DNA of 64,000 nucleotides from Eledone cirrhosa (lineage: Eukaryota), in assembly GCA_964016885.1 (NCBI GenBank), contig CAXHJY010000001.1, positions 744,001 to 808,000 of the forward strand, in the 5' to 3' direction. Position numbers and translations under genes: made by a program. The notes under the pieces were generated by a model. The model saw only the letters and a list, made by a program, of their open reading frames with translations, had not been told where the DNA came from and did no database searches. Positions 37,255 through 49,429 of this stretch are shown piece after piece. How positions within the stretch are numbered: position 1 is the stretch's first letter; every line of letters begins with the position of its first letter.

Positions 37255-39097
37255 GTGAGTAAAACTAAATATCGAATTTCCATTCTGTCTTTTTTTCTAG
37301 GGGGGGGGGGGGGGGGGCAGATTTGTAAATTAAAATAAAAGCTGGTGAATTGACAGTATCTTTTTCAATATCTTTTATTCACCTCTTTATAATATGTAAG
37401 GACACTGTCAGTTGTTTACAGTTTAAACTAGTTATGAGATCAATGAACTGTCATCTCTATCTAACACTAACACAAGTGGTAAAGCTGTTGGATTTACAAT
37501 CATAATGTTGTGGGTTTGGTTCCTGGACTTGGCTGTGCATTGCGTTCTTAAGCAAAACATTCTTGCGTAGTATACTCAGTTGAAAATGAGTACCAGCAAT
37601 TGCTGGGGGATTTTAAATTCCATCCTGCACAGGACAGGAGTCCTGTGCAGGATGGAATTCTGTACTCTCAGTTGCTTCACACCATGGAAACCGAGATAAG
37701 CACATTCCACCCTTCTCTCAGGCATTGCATAACTAGGACTACACTATTTAATGTGTCCTTTCCTTTTTATCATACTAATCTATAATTTGGCTGTTACTTG
37801 TTCTGAGTCTAAAGTCTGTCTCAAGCCTGGATGCTAATCAGGCCAGTGTTTACCTTGGTTTCCATGGTGTTAAGTGACTGACAGTAAACAATTCCAGCCT
37901 GGACAGGACACCAGTCCATTGCAGAGAAAACCCCCAGCAATTGTTGATACTCATTTCCAACTGAGTATACTGAGTATATAGGCAGTGAATTGGCAGAGTC
38001 GTTAGAACATCAGATAGAATGCTTTGTGGTATTCGTTCCAACTCTCTGCTCTCTGAGTTCAAATCCCGCTGAGGTCAACTTTGCCTTTCATCCTTTTGAT
38101 GTCAATAAAAAAATACCAGTCTAGTACTGGGGTCGATTCTTCTTCTATATCTCTTTCTCATTTCCTCTCTCTCACTTTCTATCTTTCTCTGGAAGAAATC
38201 TGCTGTATTCAGGCCTGGGCTCCGCCTGGCTTAAAATACCCAAGAAATGATGTCTTAATACGGCACCTCTACGACTCTGTCAGGAGTTACAGGACCATAC
38301 ATACATACTGAGTATAATGTTTTGCTCAAGAACATAACACACAACCCAGTCCAAGAATGAAACCCAGAACATGATTGTAAGTTTAACACCATTTACACTT
38401 GTGTTAGTGTTAAATAGAGCATGAAAGTTTATTAGCTTTGTTGCAATTAGTTGAGACACAAAATAACTGGCACAGTGTCCTTTCCTATTGTAAGAGGTGA
38501 ATAAAAGAGTTCACACACACATACACATAAACACACGCATGCACTCACACTCTAAAACACACAAACACACATACTCTTTCACACTCTTAAATGCTCAAAT
38601 GTACTCACACACTAAAACACACAAACACACTCACATTAAAACACACAAATGCACTCACTCACACACACTTAAACACAGTAATGTAAATGTTAAATAGATT
38701 AAGGCAGTCATGGGTAACCTGCGGCACACAAAGCTTTCTAAATGACTCACCTAAATCACCTAAGTGAAATCTTTCTGATTTTTTTACCCCAACTTTTCAG
38801 TCGTAATTTATCTTTCTATAATTTTTAACGATTGAGGAAAACAACGTGTACGAATTCTGAAGAAACAAATCAAAACAACCTGAGTTATCACCCTTTTTTT
38901 TTAATGTGGGCACAAATGTAAATTAGCGCTTGCGGCCTCCCTGATGATGAGCCATATCTCATGCAGCCCGCTTCTCGAAAAAGGTTGCCCATGCCTGGGT
39001 TAATGGCTGAAACCCTTGCATGAGGTGAGAGGGTGGTTCTTCTCTGGTGACCTTCTCCTGTCCAACTTTCTTGAGAGTTTCTGACCACATAATACTA

Positions 39098-40164
39098 CAT
39101 AGTACGGCATAAATACTGTTACAAAATAAAATGCTTATAACTCCTTCAATATTTATTGTACCTAGCTACAATTGTGGCACAATGTAATTAATAAAATGTT
39201 TATTAACACCATGAAATCTTATTTGATATGCTTTCCTTTTGTTCTCACATCTCGAGATCATCTTTACATAGCCTCCTCATGGATCTCTCTGAAATTTCGG
39301 CCTCTTTCACCATTTTTCTCATGAATCTTTTTGGCTTACATCTGATTTTCTCATGCATGTATTTGATTAGTTTTGGTGTTCAGAAGGTGCTAGGACGTCC
39401 TGATCTTGGCTTTTGTTGAGGAAGTTTCTTTGAAGTGATCAATGGTCCTTTTTATGAGCATTCTGTTAATTTCAAGCTGTTTTCCAGTTATAAAAATCTG
39501 AGGTGGAGTCTACTTTTTTTCATGCTGTCCAATTATGAATTTTCCTTTCAATTCTAAGGACATTTAAATAATAATAATAATGAAATTATTGTGTACACTG
39601 CTCAGGTGCATATATAGTACATAGAATAATGTATAAAGGTCAGGAAAGTGAACAGTGTATGAGTCATGAAATACACACACATGCATGCGTGTGTATGGAA
39701 GGGGGATATCAGGTGTAGTGTTGGCGAATTTCAGGAAGCATGGAGGTTTTAAAGGATGTAGTGTCCCAGTAGCTAACAACTGATGCAGGTAATTTGTTCC
39801 ATGCTTCAGCAACTCTGAACATGAAAAAATGTGCAATGAATCCTTATATAACCCCCAAAACAGTTAGTATATAGTATTAGGTTAATATTTGAGCAATCAG
39901 ATCAATAATAAAGTAATTATTATTGGTTTCTTATATAAGCATAAGGCCAGAAATTTGTGGGGGGGGGGGTCTATTAAAGCGCTCCCTGTGTGTGACTGGT
40001 ACTTTATTTTATCGACCCAGTAAGGATGAATGGCAAAGTTAATCTGGGCGGGATTTGAACTCAGATCATAAAGGGCCATAACTCTATGCTGCAAAGCATA
40101 AAGTAATTAATATTATGACTTAAACTCATTTGATATTTTGTAACAGTATTTATGCTGCACCCTG
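39098..40164 (-). mobile_element. Decayed Tc1/mariner-like element with a nested CR1 tail and SINE
   Basis: TA-flanked TIRs cataGTacgGCATAAATACTGTTACAAAATA / TATTTTGTAACAGTATTTATGCtgcACcctg. A minus-strand KPRSGRPS motif lies near 39390-39415. Confidence 0.6.
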
Positions 40165-40219
40165 TATATATTTGTAAAGTAATGTTAGATATTTCTACTT
40201 GTTTGTTTTATTTTAACAG

Positions 40220-40357
40220 TGTGTAAAGCTGGTTATTTTGGTGTCCATTGTTCAAATCCCTGTAAATGCAAGGACAGTGCAAACTGTAACCCTAAAACTG
40301 GACACTGTCCAAACAACAAGTGTCTACCTGGTTTTACTGGTCATGACTGCCAAGCTT
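40220..40357 (+). CDS. EGF-module exon (CKAGYFGVHCSNPCKCKDSANCNPKTGHCPNNKCLPGFTGHDCQA)
   Basis: taacag| ... |gttagt; 138 nt; divergent sequence but Cys spacing conserved. Confidence 0.88.
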
Positions 40358-40399
40358 GTTAGTATGCTTATTTTAAACTGTAAATGTTCATTTATTAAC

Positions 40400-41075
40400 A
40401 GCGTGCCTCCTGATGTGCCCTGTGTGCCTCTGATGTTCCCAGTCTGCCTCTTGTGTACCTACTCTGCTTCTGATGTTCCCAGTATGCCTCTTGTATTCCC
40501 AGTGTGTCTCTGATGTGCTCAGTGTGCCTCTGATGTGCCAACTGTGCCTCTGATGCTCCCAGTCTGCCTCTTGTGTTCCCAGTGTGTCTCTGATATACCT
40601 AGTGTGCCTCTGATGTGCCAACTGTGCCTCTGATGCTCCCAGTCTGCCTCTTGTGTTCCCAGTGTGTCTCTGATATACCTAGTGTGCCTCTGATGTACCT
40701 ACTGTGCTTCTGATGTTCCCAGTCTGCCTCTTGTGTTCCCAGTGTGTCTCTGATATACCTAGTGTGCCTCGGATGTGCCTACTGTGTTTCTGATGTTCCC
40801 AGTGTGCCTCTTGTATTCCCAGTGTGTCTCTGATGTGCCCAGTGAGCCTCTGATGTTCTCAGTATGCCTCCTATGTACCTAGTGTCCACTGATATTCCAG
40901 TGTGCCTCTGATGTTCCCACTGTGCTCCAATGTTCCCAGTATGCCAGTATGCCTCTAATATCCCAGTGTGCTTCTGGATGTTCACAGTGAGCCATTGTGC
41001 CTCTTGAGTACCCACTGTGTCTCTGATGTTCCCACTGTACCTGTGTGCTTCTAATTTTCCAAGTGTGCCAGTGTT
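40400..41075. repeat. 20-bp degenerate tandem repeat
   Basis: (agtgtgcctctgatgttccc)-like units. Confidence 0.85.
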
Positions 41076-41532
41076 TCTCTAGCATAGTTTCTATTGTTGG
41101 ATGCCCTTCCTAACACTACCTCACAGCATGTACTGGGTGCATTTCCTCATGGCACCACCTTTACCACATGCCAGGGTGTCTTGCTACTTTTATCATGGTA
41201 CCACACTAACAGTTTACAGTATGGGCTGGATGCATTTTATCACAGCATCAAACACTTCCATTTTCCAGTGTAGGCTTGGTGCACTTGATCATGGCACCAG
41301 CACTACCACATTTCAACACTGGGGTGTTTAACCCTTTAGCATTTAAACTGGCCATATCTGACCAGAATCCTCTCACCTCTTTCTGTTGAAACCGGCCATA
41401 ACTGGCCACTCATACTGACATTAAGGTATTCTTCTCAAAATAGATAAAATCAAAATCTCATATATTCGACATTATGAGATACTTATGTGAGGTAAAGCCT
41501 TTACCATGAAAATACAATAGTATATATAGAGT

Positions 41533-43987
41533 CATCATCATCATCACCGTTTTACGTCCGTTCTTCCACGCTAGCATGGGTTAGACGGGTTGTCCTGTTG
41601 TGGGCAGTGTCTGGTCGGCTGACTATGCTTTGCTCATACAGGAACTGATTTGGCTTGATTTCTACAGCTGGATGCCCTTCCTAACACCAACCTCATTTAC
41701 AGTGAGTGCTGGGTGCTTTTTCGTGTTGCCTACACGTCCACTTTACAGTGTGGGCTGGGTGCTTTTTGCCGTGGCACCTCCACGACCACCTTGAAGTGGG
41801 GGGTGTGGGGGCTTATTGTCTATATGCATCAGCTTGTACCCATGGGAGGTCGGGTACTCTGTATTTCTGCGAGACGCCAGAGGTCACGGTCATGTGTCAT
41901 CGCCTTTGAGAGGTGGAATTGGGTAAGGTCGGTTTTTATCACCTCATCCCAGGTCATCTTGGGTCTCCCCACTCCGCGGTTTCCATCGACTTCTAGTGCT
42001 CTGCACCTTTTTATGCAGCTGTCATCCTTCATACGCATCACATGTCCATACCAACGCAACTGCCTCTCCTGCACACAGCATTTGATTCCTCTTATGCTCA
42101 GTCTCTCTCTCAATTCATTTATGCTTTGTCGTTCGCGTATATTACTGTTACACATCCATCGGAGCATGCAGGCTTCGTTTCTCTCTAATCTACATAAGTC
42201 TTCCACCTTCAGCGTCCAGGTCTCACTACCATGCAACATTGCTGTTCGGATACACGCATCATACAGTCTGCCTTTCATTTTGAGGGAAAAGCCTTTTGCA
42301 GCTAGCAGTGGTAGTAGTTCCCTAAGCTTCTTCCATCCCGTTCTTACCCTAGTTATTGTACTTTCTGAACACCCACCTCCGCTGCTAATTCGGTCACCTA
42401 GGTAGCAGGAGCTGTCTACTCTTTCTACAGAGCCCTCCGAGAGATTGGTGGTACTTGTTTCCTGTGGCTTTTTGCTGCGTGCTGCATGTGAAGCCTACAT
42501 TCTTAATTAAGCTTCCTGAGATCCCGCTACATCTCTTGTGTACCCATTGTTTGCATTTGGGGCAGGGAATGGAGTTCCTACCTACACCTTTCCTACATAC
42601 TGAGCAAGGCCATTTCCCTGAGGGGATCTGGGTTCTGTTTTCTCGTCTACTTAAAAGGACCTGAGTCTTTATCATGTTGACTTTGAGACCCTTTCTTTCT
42701 AGTCCCTGCTTCCAAGTTTGGAATTTCTTCTCTAGCTCTACCATAGATTCAGCTATAAGTGCGAGGTCATCAGCATACAGGAGTTCCCATGGGCATCCGG
42801 TCTTAAACTCCTCCGTTATTGCCTGCATGACTATGATGAACAGGAGGGGGCTAAGAACAGAGCCCTGGTGGACCCCAACCTGTACGCTAAATTCCTCGCT
42901 ATACTCATTGCTAATCCTAACTTTGCTGACTGCTCCCCTATACATGGCTTGTACCGCTTTCACAAGCCATTCATCTACTCCTAGTTTTCTAAGAGCCCAT
43001 CAGATTACAGCACGTGGAACTCTGTCAAAGGCTTTCTCGAGATCGACAAATGGCAGGTAGAGTGGCTTGCTTTTAGCTAGGTACTTTTCCTGTACTGCCT
43101 CACAAGGAAGAGGGCATCAGTGGTGCCTCTTCCTGGTACAAACCCAAATTGCATCTCATCTAGTTTCACCCGGTCCCTAATCAACTGTGCTATAACTCTT
43201 TCTGTTACTTTCATGACCTGGTCCATCAGCTTTATACCTCTATAGTTTCCTCTATCTAGTGCATCACCTTTACCTTTGTAGCAGTTGACAATAATGCTAC
43301 TGCACCAATCTTTTGGTATGACACCTTCTAGTATTACCTGGTTAACAATACGTGTGGTTATAGTGTGACCTACAGACCCAGATGCCTTCAGCATCTCAGC
43401 AGCTATACCCGATGGACCGGTTGCCTTCCCCATCTTCATATCTTTGATTGCCTTACTTACTACGCTGCTGCTGACTTGTACTGCTGGCCCCTCTATAGGG
43501 TCTACTTGGGGTAGGGTCTCTTCTTCTCATGCATTCTCCTCATTTAGTAATCTATCATAATGACTCTTCCATGCATCTTTCTTCTCAGCACTTGTGAGGG
43601 CAAGCTCACCTTTATCATTCCGGATACACTTCTCTCCAATGACATCACAATTCTCTCTGACACACTGCCTCGCAATCTTGAACACCTCCTGTTTCTGGTC
43701 CTTACATTGCAAAACATGCTTGAATTTTCTATCCTCTGCTTCCCTCCTAGCTAAGTATACTTGTCGCCTAGCTTCCCTCTTGTTCTCTATGTAATTTACC
43801 CTGCTCCCCCCGTTCTTCCATTCTTTCCATGCCTGTCTCTTGGCCTTAACTGCCTCATATACCTTATTGTTCCACCACCAAGTCACTCTCCTCCTGCTTG
43901 AGGTCTTACTCCAGCCACAGACCTCATCCGTCGCCTCTAGTAAGTTATTTTTTAGGAACTCCCAGTTCTCTTCTACATTGAATGTCT
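41533..43987 (-). mobile_element. 5'-truncated RTE-clade LINE with frameshifted RT, inserted in a piggyBac-type MITE
   Basis: Motifs GKATGPSGI, NYRGIKL, QFGFVPGRGTTDA, GVHQGSVLSPLLF, LLYADDLALI and LRWYGHVMRM; 3' end (TGA)n. Confidence 0.92.
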
Positions 43988-44223
43988 ATGAGTAATGTAA
44001 ATGCTAAAGGGTTATATATTGACTTCTTTCAATAACCGGTCACCAATACTGACATTAAGGTATTCTTCTCAAAATAAATAATATCATCATCAAAATCTCG
44101 TAGACTCCATAATATGTGATAAAGTGTTTACTGTAAAAATACAATAGTATATATATATAAAGTAATGTAAATGCTAAAGGGTTAAATTTACTAAATTTCT
44201 GTTTGATCCTTTATTTCATCCAG

Positions 44224-44361
44224 CCTGTCCAAGCAATACTTTTGGGTCTAACTGTCAAAAGGTTTGTCATTGTGAAGAAAGTAAATACTGCAACAGAACC
44301 AATGGTGTTTGTGAAGAGGGCAACTGTGAACCAGGCTATATAGGAACTGATTGTCAAACTG
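44224..44361 (+). CDS. EGF-module exon (CPSNTFGSNCQKVCHCEESKYCNRTNGVCEEGNCEPGYIGTDCQT)
   Basis: atccag| ... |gttggt; 138 nt; not in the ORF track. Confidence 0.88.
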
Positions 44362-44365
44362 GTTG

Positions 44366-45262
44366 GTTTAATACTCTTTTACGTTTACTACTAACTAGTA
44401 TAACTATATTATTAATGTCTACATATGTTTATTACTCTTTTACTTTTACTACTAACTAGTATAACTATATTATTAATGTCTACATATGTTTATTACTCTT
44501 TTACGTTTACTACTAACTAGTATAACTATATTATTAATGTCTACATAGGTTTATTACTCTTTTACTTTTACTACTTACTAGTATAACTATATTATTAATG
44601 TCTACATATGTTTATTACTCTTTTACGTTTACTACTAACTAGTATAACTATATTATTAATGTCTACATAGGTTTATTACTCTTTTACTTTTACTACTAAC
44701 TAGTATAACTATATTATTAATGGCTACATAGGTGTATTACTCTTTCACTTTTACTACTAACTAGTATAACTAAATTATTAATGACTACATAGGTGTATTA
44801 CTCTTTCACTTTTACTACTAACTAGTATAACTATATTATTAATGACTACATATGTTTAATACTCTTTTACTTTTACTACTAACTAGTATAACTATATTAT
44901 TAATGACTACATATGTTTAATACTCTTTTACTTTTACTACTAACTAGTATAACTATATTATTAATGACTACATAGGTTTATTACTCTATTACTTTTACTA
45001 CTAACTAGTATAACTATATTATTAATGACTACATAGGTTTATTACTCTTTTACTTTTACTACTAACTAGTATAACTATATTATTAATGACTACATAGGTT
45101 TATTACTCTTTTACTTTTACTACTAACTAGTATAACTATATTATTAATGGCTACATAGGTGTATTACTCTTTTACTTTTACTACTAACTAGTATAACTAT
45201 ATTATTAATGACTACATATGTTTAATAGTCTTTTATTTCTACTTCTAACTAGTATAACTGTA
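44366..45262. repeat. 61-bp AT-rich minisatellite, about 14-15 units, starting right after the donor site
   Basis: Unit gtttattactcttttacttttactactaactagtataactatattattaatgtctacatat. Confidence 0.92.
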
Positions 45263-46065
45263 TTATGGCAGTATCGGTAGAGAGTCGGATGCCGTGCTTT
45301 CCAGCATAGTTATGTCCCTTTACAATCTGAGTTCAAATCCCACCGAAGTTAACTTTGCCTTTCATCCTTACGGGGTCGATAAAATAAAGTACCAGTAATA
45401 CACTTGGATAATTTCTGACCTTGTGCCTAAAGTAGAAACAATTATTATTCCTGGTAGACAGTAATGGACCACAGGTGACAGGTTAATGTGGGTAGTAAAG
45501 TATCTCAGGAGAAAGGTAGATGTAGACAGAAGTATTTGCAAGGAAGCAAACTTGCACCTGTTCCTTACAGGACCCTCCGTCTACTTCTTTCTATCTCCAC
45601 ATGTACTTTATCTGGTTTTCCTAACTGTTATTTATAGTGATCAACTATTATGAAAGTCTTTTACGTTGGAACTACTGCAAATAAATAAAATAGAATAAGA
45701 AAACATCACAGGAATATGACAAGCATAGAAATATCACTGATGATGTCACAGATATGTGATGAAAAAACTCTGAGAAACTATATTTATATTTATATTTTTT
45801 AACTGTTGGTCAATCAATATATATAAAAATTTGCTGAAGTATGGAACAAACTACCCGCATCAGTTGTGTGCTGCCAGGACACTGCATCCTTTAAAACCTC
45901 CATGCTTCCTGAAATTCACTGAAGCATGGAACAAACTACCTGCATCAGTTGTTAGCTGCCGGGACACTGCATCCTTTAAAACCTCCATGTTGCCTGAAAT
46001 TCGCCAACCCTGCACCTAATATTCCCCCTCCATACATACATACACACACACACATATATCTTGAC

Positions 46066-46126
46066 TCGAGCCTAGTTAGTACTTAGATGGGAAACCACTT
46101 GAGAAACCTAGGTGCTGTAAGCATTT
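46066..46126 (+). pseudogene. 5S rRNA 3'-half fragment
   Basis: tcgagcctagttagtacttagatgggaaaccacttgagaaacctaggtgctgtaagcattt resembles the metazoan 5S 3' half (TCGGGCCTGGTTAGTACTTGGATGGGAGACCGCCTGGGAATACCGGGTGCTGTAGGCTTT) and is followed by a T-run. Confidence 0.75.
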
Positions 46127-46788
46127 CCTTTAATTTTTTTTCTGCGCTAACACTACACCTGATATTCCCCCTCCATACACACGCATGCATGTGTCTGTGT
46201 GTATCTCATGACTCATACACTGTTCACTGTCTGTTCACTAATGTACTATACATTCACCATTGATGAGTTGTAGTGCACCTGAGCACTGTACACAATAATT
46301 TTATTATTATCATCATCATCATCATTTTACGTCCGCTTTTCCCTGCTTGCAAGGGTGGGACGGGTCTTATTAAGCATGGCATCTCTTCATTCGTCACGGT
46401 CCCTTGTCATCTCCTCCGTGAGTTTCAGCAATTTGAGGTCTTCTCTCACCACCTCCGCCCATGTTTTTCATGGTCTACCTCTACTGCGTCTTCCTTCTAC
46501 TGGGATTTCTTGGCACTTCTTTACCCAGCGGTCATCCTCCATGCGCATCACATGTCCATACCATCTCAGCTCAGCCTTCTCTCCTACACACCACAACTTA
46601 TCCCTCTTATACCCAGTTTCTTTCTCAACTCGTCTATGCTTGGTCATTCACGCACATTGGCATTATAGTTATGTATAATTGTGTATATGTATGTTATAGC
46701 TGTGTATAATTGTATATATGTGTTATTGTGTATAATTTTATATATATGTTGTGTATATAATTCTATTTTCTTTTTTTTTTTTTTTCAG

Positions 46789-46926
46789 AATGTAAAAAGG
46801 GTTATTTTGGCTTGAACTGTCAGTATTTGTGCCACTGTGCTGACAACGATCATTGCGACATTAAATCTGGGGTGTGTTCTAGTGTTGGATGTGCAGCTGG
46901 TTTCAGGGGAGACAACTGTCAGTCAG
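46789..46926 (+). CDS. EGF-module exon, last one visible (CKKGYFGLNCQYLCHCADNDHCDIKSGVCSSVGCAAGFRGDNCQS)
   Basis: Long poly-T tract and cag| ... |gtgggt; 138 nt. Confidence 0.88.
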
Positions 46927-47099
46927 GTGGGTACTTCTGTCTTTATCAGAAAGTCTGTGTGAAGATATATAGCTTAGAGGTTACAGGTGTGCTGTTCTCA
47001 ATCATAAGGTCTTGGGTTGAACATCTGGTGCCATATTTTATTGTTCTATATAATTGTGTGTGTGTGTGTATATATATATATATGTATATACATATATAT

Positions 47100-48075
47100 A
47101 TATATATACATACATGCACACATATATATATGCACGTATCGGTTTACTGAACATTTATTATAATGTCCGGTTTGTTTGTTTGTAAACAGCCCGAATTACG
47201 CCGTACAATGTTTAGGCAACCACGTCACCTTTTTGTTCAACACTGACACAGGAACAATGTACTCATTTCAAGCTTATTAGCTCTCGTCAGCACCGTATAC
47301 CTTCCTGCTAGATGGTTGAACATCTGAAAGTATATACTTTCCTTATGCATATTAATGGCTGAGCAGCCTAATTTGCATATTGAGTGAGTTCAGTCGGCAC
47401 ACTGAAAACGATAAATGGAATAGAATGAAACGAAGGTGACGTGGTTGCCTAAACACTGTACGGCGTAATTCGGGCTGTTTGTTTGTTTACAAACAAATAA
47501 ACCGAACATTATAATAAATGTTCGGTAAACCGATACGTGCATATATATATGTGTGCATGTATGTATATATATACATACTACTGTACGTCTGTATACATAT
47601 ATGTATGTACGTATACATACATACTTACATTTAAGTAAGTGCCTTACTAAGAGTGAGAAATGAAATTTCGTTTCATTCTATTCCATTTATCGTTTTCGGT
47701 GTGCCCAGCCGACTGATCTCACTCGATATGCAAATTAGGCTGCTCAGCCGTTAATATGCATAATGAAAGTATATACTTTCAGACGTTCAACCATCTGGCA
47801 GGAAGGTATACAATGCTGACGATAGCTAATAAGCTTGAAACTAGTACATCATTCCTGTGTCAGTGTTGAACAAAAAGGTGACGTGGTTGCCTAAACACTG
47901 TACGGCGTAATTCGGGCTGTTTGTTTGTTTACAAACAAACAAACCGAGCATTATAATAAATGTTTGGTAAACTGATACGTACATATATATATGTGTGCAT
48001 GTATGTATATATATACATACTACTATACGTCTGTATACATATATGTATGTATGTATACATACATACATACTTGCA
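47100..48075. repeat. Compound inverted repeat A-B-A'-spacer-B'-A'
   Basis: 47105-47230 is inverted at 47433-47575 and at 47876-48015; 47231-47432 is inverted at 47669-47875. Confidence 0.85.
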
Positions 48076-48077
48076 TA

Positions 48078-48079
<2 letters not shown>

Positions 48080-48165
<86 letters not shown>
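48080..48165. repeat. (TA)n microsatellite (others at about 48830-49010, 49143-49220, 49360-49415 and 60752-60792)
   Basis: Direct reading. Confidence 0.95.
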
Positions 48166-48169
<4 letters not shown>

Positions 48170-48938
48170 AGGCACATGGCTTAGTGGTTAGAGCATTAGG
48201 CTTTCAATCGAAAGGTGTGAGTTCCATTCTTGGACCGGGTGATGTGTTGTTTCCTTGAGAAAGACACTTTATTTCACATTGCTCCAGTTTACTCAGCTGA
48301 AAATGTGTACCAGCAATAGCTGGAGGTTTAACCCTGCGATGGACTGGCGTCCTGTCCAGGGGGTAGTCTTGTACTCTCACTCACTTCATGCCATGAAACC
48401 GGTATAAGCACCGGCCAAATGAGCCTGCTGGCTTAAGACAGACTTTAGACTTAGATATATATGTGTGTGTATATATATATATGTATATATATGGAGGCAC
48501 ATGGCTTAGTAGTTAGAGCATTGGCCTTGCAATCGAAAGGTTGTGAGTTCAATTCTCAGACCACGTGATGCTTTGTTTCCTTGAGCAAGACACTTTATTT
48601 CACATTGCTCCAGTTTACTCAGCTGTAGAAATGAGATGATAGGGACTGGGGTCCCTATCATTCCACTGTAAAGTGGTCATGGAGGTGCCACGGCAAAAAA
48701 AGCACCCAGCACTCACTGTAAATGACGTTGGTCTTAGGAAGGGCATCCAGCTGTAGAAATCAAGCCAGGATCAGTTCCCATCCCACCCTTGCAAGCAGGG
48801 AAAAGTGGACGTAGAATGATGATGATGATGTGTATATATATATATGTATATATATATATGTGTGTATATATATATGTGTGTGTATATATATGTGTGTGTA
48901 TATATATGTGTGTGTGTATATATATATGTGTGTATATA

Positions 48939-48987
<49 letters not shown>

Positions 48988-49140
48988 CACACACATATAT
49001 ATATATATATTGTTATACTTGGGGAGGTTCATATTGTTGTAATAATATTGCCAGAAATAATAACACTGTTTGGTTGGTTTTCGCTTCTGTATCTTTTATA
49101 TCTCCATAGTTAATTTATTTGGCATTGATTGACCAATGGT

Positions 49141-49220
<80 letters not shown>

Positions 49221-49429
49221 CAGTCTAACAAAGTTCTTTGATTGCCAAATAAATTAACTATGGAGATATAAAAGATACAGAAGCGAAAACCAACCAAACA
49301 GTGAGTGTGTTCTGTTATTATTTCTGGCAATATTATTACAACAATATGAACCTCCCCAAGTATATGTATATATATATATATGTATATATATGTATATATA
49401 TATATATATGTATATATTTTCTTATTTGT

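Noticed and set aside
648-46926. Assigning a gene symbol such as MEGF10, MEGF6 or SCARF1
   Set aside because: Only generic EGF-like modules are visible, so orthology cannot be supported.
48168-48570. tRNA-like sequences
   Set aside because: These are SINE heads with A/B boxes that run into the SINE core; no complete cloverleaf is evident.
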